A stretch of DNA of 64,000 bases from Oligoflexales bacterium. Lineage in GTDB: Bacteria > Bdellovibrionota_B > Oligoflexia > Oligoflexales > CAIYRB01. Positions 8,833 to 17,715 of this stretch are shown piece by piece. Where the stretch lies: positions 25,829 through 89,828 of the forward strand of contig JBGSUI010000188.1 in assembly GCA_041736175.1 (NCBI GenBank), written 5' to 3'. The position numbers and the translations under genes were made by a program. The stretch's first letter is position 1. The number at the start of each line of letters is the position of its first letter. Below the pieces are notes generated by a model, which was not told where the DNA came from, did no database searches, and was given only the letters and a program-made list of their open reading frames with translations.

Positions 8833-9972
8833 ATGAAAATCTATAACATCCCCTTGAAATCCAGGAAAACACTAGTGATTTCGTCTTTTTATTCTCAAAC
8901 TCGGGACCAACTAGCATCCCTCTGTGGGGCTCTAGGGGTTCCCTCTGTCCACGCTCTTGATCTCTATCGCGAAGCCTATAAGGGGCTTAACCACCAGCCC
9001 TGGTCACGACTAGGTTTGCCAAAGGTTTTAAAGGCTTACTGCCAAGAAAACTTTCTAGAAACCCCCAAAGTAAGGTTAAGCACCGGCATCCTGTCGGGAT
9101 ACGACGGAAGCGTTAAATTTAGGGCTTTCTTACCATCCATCCTTGAGACTGCCCAAGATTCTCAAAAAGAACTGGTCGTCGAAACTGTCTTAATGCCAGA
9201 AAAAAAACGAATCACCCTGTGCGTGTCAACCCAGGTCGGGTGTGCCCAAGGGTGCGTGTTTTGTCATACGGGGCGTATGGGCCTTATTCGCAACCTCCTT
9301 GCCGCAGAGATTGTCGGCCAAATCCTAGCCGCCAAACAATGGATAAGAGATCACCCGGAGTGGCTACAGCAGGTAGGCCTAAAATCGGACCAAACTATTT
9401 CTAATATCGTGTTTATGGGTATGGGCGAGCCCCTGGATAATGTCGATGAACTTATAACATCGATTGACATTATGACCGATCCTTATGGGCTCGCCTTAGG
9501 CTTACGGCATCTCTCGGTTTCCACAGCAGGGCATTTGGACGGCCTTAAAATACTCCTTTCCAGGGTAAAGGGTGTTCGTTTAGCTTTAAGCGTCCATAGC
9601 CCGGACGAAGTAAAACGGGGCAAAATCATGCCCATCCAAAAACGCTGGCCTCTAACAGATGTCGTGAATTACCTGGAAGAGGAGTTACCATCCAATGGTG
9701 GCAGCGTCATGCTGCAATACACCTTGATCGCCGGTGTCAACGACTCCCTCCAGGAAGCTCAGGATCTAGTCCTTATAGCAAAACGACTCCAGGCCAAGGT
9801 CAATATCATTCCCCTGAATACCGTCGCTGTAAACCGCCTTAAATCCCCAACACAGATACAAGTGCAGACCTTTCGCGATGTCCTCCATAAAGAGGGGGTC
9901 AGGGTTATGGTCCGCTACAGTAAGGGCCAAGATATCGCCGCGGCCTGCGGCCAGCTGGTTGTAGAGTCCTAG
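8833..9972 (+). CDS. rlmN: Dual-specificity RNA methyltransferase RlmN (radical SAM)
   Basis: CVSTQVGCAQGCVFC radical SAM motif, MGMGEP, SVH, C-terminal DIAAACGQL. Confidence 0.93.
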   Translation: MKIYNIPLKSRKTLVISSFYSQTRDQLASLCGALGVPSVHALDLYREAYKGLNHQPWSRLGLPKVLKAYCQENFLETPKVRLSTGILSGYDGSVKFRAFLPSILETAQDSQKELVVETVLMPEKKRITLCVSTQVGCAQGCVFCHTGRMGLIRNLLAAEIVGQILAAKQWIRDHPEWLQQVGLKSDQTISNIVFMGMGEPLDNVDELITSIDIMTDPYGLALGLRHLSVSTAGHLDGLKILLSRVKGVRLALSVHSPDEVKRGKIMPIQKRWPLTDVVNYLEEELPSNGGSVMLQYTLIAGVNDSLQEAQDLVLIAKRLQAKVNIIPLNTVAVNRLKSPTQIQVQTFRDVLHKEGVRVMVRYSKGQDIAAACGQLVVES

Positions 9973-9979
9973 CCAAGAC

Positions 9980-11464
9980 CTAGTTAACAATGCTTGGGTC
10001 GCGCGGAAATTTCTGAGTTGGACACCGATAAACCCCAGTTTCATTGTATTTCTTAATGGCTAAACCAACCTCGGGAATCAGGTAACTCCCCTGCTTTGCA
10101 ACGCTCGACGTATGATAAAGACCCTGGATGTCCCAAGATGCGAGATTCCAAATAAAGGCGCCCTTCACCCTTTCTCTCCAAGGGGACGCGGACGGGACCA
10201 GATTTTTTGATAGGTATAAACTTAACCCGCAGTAAAACTGTATTGCTCCGTTTGCAACATCCGGATCCGACCAGGGGTTCGTTTTAGGATTAAAGGTCCC
10301 ATGGATCCCAGCCCAAGGAGCTGAGAGGGCATCCCGACCCGAAGTTGCAGGCTTTTTCGAATCCACACTTCCACCGATTCCCACTTCCGAAAAAATCAGC
10401 TCCAGGTGAGATGCATCCTTCTTGAGATCGGTCTTAATCGCTGCAAGCTCTTGATTGACGCTATTGAATACCTGGTCAAACTGAAGAAAAGGTAGGCTAC
10501 CGTCCGCTGCTAGAGTGAGGTTGGTGTAGGCCGAGGCACCAAAAAAATCAAGTTTCTTGAGTAGCTCTTTGAATGCTCTGGACGAAAGGTACTGAGTTGG
10601 AAAATTTCCAAAGATCTTGTTAAAATTTAAACTGATACCAAATTTAATCTTTGGGTCGTCACTCCTGGGGTCCAAACTCTCTCTTAGGAGTGCGATAGCA
10701 TGAGAGTATTGAGACGTATAAGCAAAGACGGTAGCTCCCATTTCGCCTTGAGCTGAAAAATAAACAGGCAAACTGGTGATACGGGTACGCTTGATCGCAT
10801 TCGCTATGGGCACTAGCATCGCACAATAATAGCTATCCACATATTTCTCGCACTCCCAATCACCTTCGATAACAAGTCCTAGGGCATGGGAGTTGCGCCA
10901 TCGCCCCTCTCTTTTTCCATCATCCACATGGGGCGTGATAGAAATTCCTCTACCCTTGCTGAAGACCTTTTCAAAACAGGCTGCCATTCCATCTTCAAAA
11001 GTCTTAATCATAGCTAATGTAGGTGGATTGCAAGCCCGTTCCGACACCCGGTAACAAATCCGGTTACCCCAAGTAAGGGGCTTAGCGCCCCTAAATTCTT
11101 GGAGAGATGCCGTAACTATTTTCTCGGTACCATCGTGCGGCGGATCCACCAAAAAGCCATGGGTTGGAAGAAAATTGATGGTGGAATTTGCAAAATCTGA
11201 ACCTAGGGCTTTATCCACCATCTCCAAGCACGGACTTGAGCCGTCGACTAAGGTGTAGTCCCAAGCACCCATAACTGCAATGCTGCTATTGATCTCTACA
11301 TAGTCATTCGGTGGAGTCCCTGGTTCAAAATCACTGGGAGTGGACGCGAGTTCGGCAGACGGTTTAAATGATCGCTTGCAGTGATATTGTAACATCATAA
11401 AAAACACCACAAGAAGAATTCTGATCACTTTTTCGACACTAAGAAGAAAAGGATTTTCTGACAT
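9980..11464 (-). CDS. Secreted/lipoprotein with GH113-like (clan GH-A) TIM-barrel features
   Basis: Hydrophobic leader ending in Cys (LQYHCK). Motifs GISITPHVD..G.WR, QGEM, LDFFGASAY, LIFSEVG and GAFIW. Confidence 0.55.
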   Translation of the reverse strand: MSENPFLLSVEKVIRILLVVFFMMLQYHCKRSFKPSAELASTPSDFEPGTPPNDYVEINSSIAVMGAWDYTLVDGSSPCLEMVDKALGSDFANSTINFLPTHGFLVDPPHDGTEKIVTASLQEFRGAKPLTWGNRICYRVSERACNPPTLAMIKTFEDGMAACFEKVFSKGRGISITPHVDDGKREGRWRNSHALGLVIEGDWECEKYVDSYYCAMLVPIANAIKRTRITSLPVYFSAQGEMGATVFAYTSQYSHAIALLRESLDPRSDDPKIKFGISLNFNKIFGNFPTQYLSSRAFKELLKKLDFFGASAYTNLTLAADGSLPFLQFDQVFNSVNQELAAIKTDLKKDASHLELIFSEVGIGGSVDSKKPATSGRDALSAPWAGIHGTFNPKTNPWSDPDVANGAIQFYCGLSLYLSKNLVPSASPWRERVKGAFIWNLASWDIQGLYHTSSVAKQGSYLIPEVGLAIKKYNETGVYRCPTQKFPRDPSIVN

Positions 11465-11488
11465 GTTTCCCTTTTTTAACTCAGAATT

Positions 11489-14221
11489 TCAGCGAAGCGG
11501 TTTAAGAACTTCACCATCAAAATAAAATTCGACCACTCTCTCAGAGCCCCAAGATTCTCCATCTTGTGAGACCGCTAGAACCAACCGAAAACTAGTCGCC
11601 TTTTGTCCTAAATCCACAACACCCAGCTTATCAAAAAAACTACTTGGACCGGTGAGATATGTGCCGTAACTTATCTTACCATCACCCCCGTAAGATTTCT
11701 GAAGATCCTTTCCATCTAATACAATTTCGCCAAGGTCAAACTTCCCTAACTGCAATCTTCCTCCCTCCTCCATCCGCATGTACAGCTTAAATTGATCGTC
11801 CACAATTTCACGATTGACAAATAAGGATAAAAAAACCTGTGGTTCAAGTTGCAAAGCACTTGTTCTCCAATTTTGTTCTTGGAACCACGACAAAGGCACT
11901 TTTTTTGTAAAAACCTGTACATGGGAAATCTCAATCATACTAATGTGACTTTGGGGCTTGTCTAGGTAGAACTGTGCAATTTTCTCTTTGATACGCCCAT
12001 ATCGACTCCCCGGCGGAAACGGCAATCCACTATACTCTTCGTAGCCATTGAGCATTGTAAAAATATCTTTTTCTTGCTTTGAAAGTCCGCTAATCGGTTT
12101 AGTTGAAAACGTCACTTTCCTACTGACTAATTCCATGGGAGAAATCATTAAAAGTAGTTTAGTCAGCTGTCGTGGATATGCAGTATCTAAAAGTTTCAAA
12201 AATCCTACCAATTGATCTTCTGGCATCATCCGTCGCTTTATCTTTTCTATAGCAAGAAAAACACCCTCCGCAAAATCCTGTTCGTCAAGCAAGGGAAAAC
12301 GAAGATTTAACATATCCAAAGGTTTTACCAAAAATGCAAGAACATCGTTCCCCAATCCGGGGTTCGTTCTTAGTTGACTATTTGGATATTCAACTCCAAA
12401 AGCCTCTCTAACTTTTGCGTATAGATCCTCTCGACTGATCTGTAACGCGACTTTTATAGCCTCAAATGGAAACGACAAGACCACCTGGGCACTGAGTCGC
12501 CCAAGAGCTGTTGGTGAAACATGAAGAACTTCCATCGATTTATCGGGGGATATGGAGTATAGTTGCTGCCTCCGACTCTTGATTTTCAAACTATCAAGTA
12601 ATGGAATCTTTTCTCCAATTTTAATAGGCATACCCGATACAAATCTCACTCGATTTATATATTCTTTAAATTCTTCAGTATTTGTATATCGATCTTCGAT
12701 GTTGTAATTAATCACTAACCTATAGGGGTTAAGTGGATTTTCATAGTAAAATATACGCTTATCATTTTTTACATCGTCAAATGGCTTGACGAACATCTCT
12801 ACCACCGACTGAACCCTTTCCTCCATCTCTCCAACTAAAATATTCCAGTTTTTGTCTATGACCTCACCCATGGTCTCAAGAATAAAATATTTACCCAAGA
12901 AATCTCGAATCTCAATCTCGTTTTTTAATACCGAAGTCTCTCGAACTTCTTTATAGACCGCTACATTGGGTCCACGTTTGCTTGATTTTTCGGCTCTATT
13001 TTGAATCCTTGAAAACTGAAACACCACTCCAGTATCGACGCCCTCTAAATTCCTTTTTGCTGCATTGAATGCGCTTTCAAAATCCCCTAGCACCGATTTC
13101 TCGTAGCATTCCTTCGCTTTTGGAATACTAAGATCAAACTCATAGACTTGATCAAATAGCTTGGCTAAGGCTTTTTGATAGTTAAAATTGAGTGGAGTAA
13201 AGGCAATAGGAAACCCGTTCCAAACCCAAGAAAAGCTACCGATATCAAAAGCCATTGCCCCTTTAAATACAGCGTAAATGGTACCTAGATTTCCTTCGAA
13301 CAAGATTCCATCACGATCAACTTCGTTGACACCAACCCAAGCTTTGCTAACATCTTTCCGAAAGACGTTAATTCGATGTTCACCCCTTTTAAAAAGACTA
13401 ATTGGCATGCCCGCCGCTAAATCGCCAATTCTCTTCAGTTGGTCCAACTTTTCATTGGGAATAAGGCCCGCTAAATCGGGCGAAAGCCGTATCCCTCCTG
13501 TTAAGCTATAACTTCGAATGGAGCCAACCGGCATTTCTTTAAATTTTTCAATTGTTAAGGGAAAAGTTATAGGTGTCAAAATCTCAGTGACGGGGTCATA
13601 TAACTCATTTTGATTGAAGGAGGGTGGCAATATCGACGATAAAAAGGGGAGTACACCAAACCAAGAGTTGCTTCGATTTCTTAAGGTCGCTATTTTTTGC
13701 TGCTCTAAAACACGCTTCCCATCAGTCTGTAGATAAACTTGTAGAATTTCCCCAGTAGCTTCGGCACCGAGGATCCACGGCACACCAATCGTCTCAAAAA
13801 GCTTTCTTTGAAAACCTGGACCTAAATAAAATCTGTCTACAACAATATACCGACCATTATTTGCATGGATTAAATTCCTCCTTATTCCCAGCTGAAACCA
13901 TGATTGATCAGTCAATGGTATCCGCTTGTCGTTGTCAAGCAAACTGTAAAAAACAGAGTCCATAATGGATTCAAGGGACCGGTTGATCGCTTCGGTACCC
14001 GTATCAATTCCGTTGATTACCACCGGATTTTTAAAGATATCATCAATCTGTTTCGAATAACCTGTTTCTTCCATAGTACCAGATCCACTTGCAGCATTTT
14101 TCCCACTAAAATCTATATCTATGATGACATCCTGATTTTTAACCACATCCTGTTGGCCTAGTGCCGAGCCTTGAATAAAAACAAAAACAATGATATACCA
14201 GCTCATCTTTAAGCGTTTCAT
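11489..14221 (-). CDS. Large secreted hypothetical protein (910 aa)
   Basis: Long ORF, Sec-type signal (MKRLKMSWYIIVFVFIQGSALG), 4-nt overlap with upstream gene; no family recognised. Confidence 0.8.
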   Translation of the reverse strand: MKRLKMSWYIIVFVFIQGSALGQQDVVKNQDVIIDIDFSGKNAASGSGTMEETGYSKQIDDIFKNPVVINGIDTGTEAINRSLESIMDSVFYSLLDNDKRIPLTDQSWFQLGIRRNLIHANNGRYIVVDRFYLGPGFQRKLFETIGVPWILGAEATGEILQVYLQTDGKRVLEQQKIATLRNRSNSWFGVLPFLSSILPPSFNQNELYDPVTEILTPITFPLTIEKFKEMPVGSIRSYSLTGGIRLSPDLAGLIPNEKLDQLKRIGDLAAGMPISLFKRGEHRINVFRKDVSKAWVGVNEVDRDGILFEGNLGTIYAVFKGAMAFDIGSFSWVWNGFPIAFTPLNFNYQKALAKLFDQVYEFDLSIPKAKECYEKSVLGDFESAFNAAKRNLEGVDTGVVFQFSRIQNRAEKSSKRGPNVAVYKEVRETSVLKNEIEIRDFLGKYFILETMGEVIDKNWNILVGEMEERVQSVVEMFVKPFDDVKNDKRIFYYENPLNPYRLVINYNIEDRYTNTEEFKEYINRVRFVSGMPIKIGEKIPLLDSLKIKSRRQQLYSISPDKSMEVLHVSPTALGRLSAQVVLSFPFEAIKVALQISREDLYAKVREAFGVEYPNSQLRTNPGLGNDVLAFLVKPLDMLNLRFPLLDEQDFAEGVFLAIEKIKRRMMPEDQLVGFLKLLDTAYPRQLTKLLLMISPMELVSRKVTFSTKPISGLSKQEKDIFTMLNGYEEYSGLPFPPGSRYGRIKEKIAQFYLDKPQSHISMIEISHVQVFTKKVPLSWFQEQNWRTSALQLEPQVFLSLFVNREIVDDQFKLYMRMEEGGRLQLGKFDLGEIVLDGKDLQKSYGGDGKISYGTYLTGPSSFFDKLGVVDLGQKATSFRLVLAVSQDGESWGSERVVEFYFDGEVLKPLR

Positions 14222-15249
14222 AAAGGAGTGCCTAACCCCAGATTAAAATTCCAACCGGTGTTTCCAAGACTCTTTAATCCCTTGCTGTATCCGACTCCCT
14301 GGGAAAACCAGACACAATCCCAGAGATTCTGCTCATAAAAAACAACCCCTCGGGTTGCGACCTTAATTTCATCATCTAACTGAAACGACCACCTGGAAGA
14401 CCTCTCTATCGGGCCCAGATATCCCAATCTAATAAGTTGCTTAAATTGAGCCATTTTTCCGTCTGGAGTCGCTAACTCACGTATAAGCTCCAAGTGAGTC
14501 TCACCTCCTTTTGACCCTAGAGTGAAAAGACCCACCCCACCTCGACGGATCCCGGTTTCTTCGCCGTAAAACGATACGACCGAACGAGTACTGCCTAGAA
14601 TCGCAAAATCATAAATAAAGCGGAAGCCAATCGCTTTATAGTATCTTTCTTCCAGCTTACCTCCCATTTCTTCTTTTTTAATCTTTGACGATAAGTCCCC
14701 AGCAACACCAAAATCAAGACTCATGTGATTTTGATCATCAAAAGTCCCATACGCTATATATCTTGGTGTTTTAAAAAAGTTATTTTGATTTAGTTTACCA
14801 TAAAAACCCTTCACTGCCGGTCGGTTGACTCCAAGGGGCAACTCGCCTTTGCCCATCACAAGTCTCAAGGGAGAAGTTGCTAAGTTTCCAACCTGCAACA
14901 CTGCTAAATCAGTATCCAAATCAGTTTCACGTGACATGGCAGGAAGCCAAAGCAGATCACCATGGACAGCTCCATGAATTCCTAAAAGAGAATTATAAAC
15001 ATAGGATGTTCTTAATTCTGAAAAGACTCCTTTTTGGATAGCTCTCGTTCCACCTTCGACCAAGAATGCTTCTGCCCTCGCTTTGCCTGTCAGACAAAAA
15101 TAACGTTTCCCGTATTCATCTACAACTTCTGATGCAATAGGATTCTGTTCGCAGCCTATTAGTGTCAACGTTTGAGAAGGAGCTATCGTTTTCTCGGACA
15201 CTCCAAACGCAATCCCCATCATGTATTGGAGAAAAGCAAGCGCTATCAC
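14218..15249 (-). CDS. Hypothetical outer-membrane beta-barrel/porin-like protein
   Basis: Signal-like N-terminus, Gly/aromatic alternating strands, C-terminal WNFNLGLGTPL. Start may lie slightly upstream. Confidence 0.55.
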   Translation of the reverse strand: MIALAFLQYMMGIAFGVSEKTIAPSQTLTLIGCEQNPIASEVVDEYGKRYFCLTGKARAEAFLVEGGTRAIQKGVFSELRTSYVYNSLLGIHGAVHGDLLWLPAMSRETDLDTDLAVLQVGNLATSPLRLVMGKGELPLGVNRPAVKGFYGKLNQNNFFKTPRYIAYGTFDDQNHMSLDFGVAGDLSSKIKKEEMGGKLEERYYKAIGFRFIYDFAILGSTRSVVSFYGEETGIRRGGVGLFTLGSKGGETHLELIRELATPDGKMAQFKQLIRLGYLGPIERSSRWSFQLDDEIKVATRGVVFYEQNLWDCVWFSQGVGYSKGLKSLGNTGWNFNLGLGTPL

Positions 15250-15303
15250 GATAGGTCGTAAGAAGATGAAAATAAGATGCTCTCCATGCTGGGCTGTCTT
15301 TGG

Positions 15304-17712
15304 TCAATTATCGTTCAGATAGCCCCACTCACGCAACATTTTCTCAAACATTGGATTGCTAGCCTGAATCGCCAATTCCTCTCGATCTATATCCCAGAGT
15401 TTTCTCAAATAGGCGTTTGTTTGAGGTGATTGTGGAAAAAGAGTATCACTGCCGTTATCTTCAAAGGGCAAAGCCTTTGTCTCATCCGGTTTGGTTATAC
15501 TTAGAGGTAATCTATCTCTTGTATAAGTTAACTTCAAATCCTTGCCGCCCACGTTGATTACTGGCAGCTTGGACCCTAATTCATTTAATCTCACTTTAAA
15601 TCTATGGTCCAGACCCTCCTTAAATTTGAGAACCATTTCTTGACCCATTTCTAAGGCTGGAAGACTATCCTTATAGCTGGCGTCTTGTGATAATGATACC
15701 GATACCTCTTCACTTTTGGATGTTTCAACAACAAGTTCGAAGCCTGTTTTCAAATTAAAAGTTTTCCGGTAGGTTTCCTGGGCTGATGTTAACACTGATG
15801 GAGAACGCTCACTCAGATCTCGTAATTCCTCAGGATCATCTTTAAGGTCAAAAAGCCGCTCTTTTCGATAAAAGTTCTTCATATTGCCCGAAAAGCTACC
15901 TAATTTATAGACTTTTTTACTTGTAGGTGAGTAGGATCTTATATATTTCCAGCGATTTCCAAAGATGATCGCTCTCTCTCGAAACCCTTCAATAGGAAGA
16001 ACCGGCGAAATATTATTCCCTCCATTTTCTAGGGGGAGTGACGGCAAAGAGCATTCTCCATGAATATGATTCTCCCCTAAATCTATCAGTGTTGGCCCAA
16101 TTTGTAGGGTACTCACCCAGTCATCTATGATTTTGGGAGTCGATGGACTGGCAAGCCCTTTTTTAATAAATAGGGGAACCCTTACCTCATCGTTTAATAA
16201 GGTCGCTCCGTGGTCATGGTAGCTACCGTAAAAACCCGTGCCCATTTGATTGCCCGTAAAGGGCCGGGGTTTCATTTGATCTCCATGATCCGCAGTCACT
16301 ACTAAGGTCACTTTATCATAAAGCTGACGCTCTTTGAGGAGTGAGATCATTTTATTAATATATCGGTCCGTATAGGAAATTTCCGCATCATAAAGGGTAT
16401 CCAGCATCGCTGGATAAGACCAAAATGGATTTTGTGCTGGCCAAACGTTGTAAAGATCTCGAATCGGCGGCCGGTTTGGTGCATGAGGGGCATTAAAATG
16501 TACATACAACAGAAATGATTTATCCTCATTTTTCAGAATCCATTTTTGAGCTTCGTGAGCTATAATGGGGGTATCATAGCCATCAAATTCAATGCTTTGC
16601 TGTTGTTCAAACCCATGGTTCTGGCCAACACCCATCACCTCTGACACGACCGATATGTTACCGATCATGGCCGTCTTCATGCCCATACTAGCTATTTGAC
16701 TTGGAAAAGATTTTAGACCGTTTCTAGCAAAAGCAAGCCTTTGCTCAGGACTTACCCCATAAGAGAATGCCCAGGAACCTAAAAATGTTGGCGGACGACA
16801 ACTTAATAGTGCATTTGTAGAAGGACTTGTCATATTTCCTGGAGACACTGCATTAACATACTGCAGACTGTCTTTTTTAAGAAGATCTAAATACGGCGCC
16901 CTTTTCGAGTCGATTCCATCAAACCTTAGGGTGTCGATCAGGATTACAATAACCTGGATTTTTCTAGCTGTTGATTCTTGGTAGAGACTTAGTCCACTCA
17001 CAAAACATCCAGTCCCCCGACTCCTACAGGTCATTTTTAAGACTTTTTCATTTTGAAGATTACCCCCCCCATCTACCCATAAACTTACATCAACCCATCG
17101 TTCCGTTTTAAGTAAATTATCAGGCCATAGCCACGGAGTTATCCACTGTTTTAGCTTTTTTGATACCAACCCAAGCTGCTTAAATTCGTATCGATCTAAA
17201 ACCTTGTCCCCAAGAGAGACTTCGATTTTATCGCCATCATGAGTTCCTCCAAACCCAAACTCAACTCGCTGTCCTTTCGAGTCTTTTAGTTTGAGATTTA
17301 GAGTCGCATTGTTTGAAAGGTAAAGAGCATCTCTTCCTTCCAAATGTTCAGGATAATTGCCATAAGTCACATAGATCTGATTATTGTATTTAAATCTTTG
17401 AAGCCCTATAAAAGCAGTGCTGGGCCATTTTGCCGCAATCTCTTGTAGGTCGCTAGAAGAGTCCTCAGCCATCCCGTCAAAACTTACTTCAAGATTATGA
17501 GTCCATAGGGACCCTAGCCTCTCTACATCGACTCGCTTAGGAGGAACCGCCCTAGTCTCCTCGATATGCAATCGAGCATCATTGGGATGAATTGCTATGA
17601 CAAAAAAGAGCACACTTCCAAATACCGTCCCCAAAATAATCTTAACCATCTTATTAACAAGGCTCATATAGCTTGCATTTATACGTACACCCATTAATTC
17701 ACCCGTTTTCAT
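15304..17712 (-). CDS. Membrane-anchored sulfatase-like (alkaline phosphatase superfamily) protein
   Basis: One N-terminal TM; IDTLRFD, MTSPST (Thr at nucleophile position), PHAP, TADHGD, HDHG, VRVPLFI, LFDLKDDP.E, C-terminal LREWGYL. Confidence 0.85.
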   Translation of the reverse strand: MKTGELMGVRINASYMSLVNKMVKIILGTVFGSVLFFVIAIHPNDARLHIEETRAVPPKRVDVERLGSLWTHNLEVSFDGMAEDSSSDLQEIAAKWPSTAFIGLQRFKYNNQIYVTYGNYPEHLEGRDALYLSNNATLNLKLKDSKGQRVEFGFGGTHDGDKIEVSLGDKVLDRYEFKQLGLVSKKLKQWITPWLWPDNLLKTERWVDVSLWVDGGGNLQNEKVLKMTCRSRGTGCFVSGLSLYQESTARKIQVIVILIDTLRFDGIDSKRAPYLDLLKKDSLQYVNAVSPGNMTSPSTNALLSCRPPTFLGSWAFSYGVSPEQRLAFARNGLKSFPSQIASMGMKTAMIGNISVVSEVMGVGQNHGFEQQQSIEFDGYDTPIIAHEAQKWILKNEDKSFLLYVHFNAPHAPNRPPIRDLYNVWPAQNPFWSYPAMLDTLYDAEISYTDRYINKMISLLKERQLYDKVTLVVTADHGDQMKPRPFTGNQMGTGFYGSYHDHGATLLNDEVRVPLFIKKGLASPSTPKIIDDWVSTLQIGPTLIDLGENHIHGECSLPSLPLENGGNNISPVLPIEGFRERAIIFGNRWKYIRSYSPTSKKVYKLGSFSGNMKNFYRKERLFDLKDDPEELRDLSERSPSVLTSAQETYRKTFNLKTGFELVVETSKSEEVSVSLSQDASYKDSLPALEMGQEMVLKFKEGLDHRFKVRLNELGSKLPVINVGGKDLKLTYTRDRLPLSITKPDETKALPFEDNGSDTLFPQSPQTNAYLRKLWDIDREELAIQASNPMFEKMLREWGYLNDN

Positions 17713-17715
17713 AGC

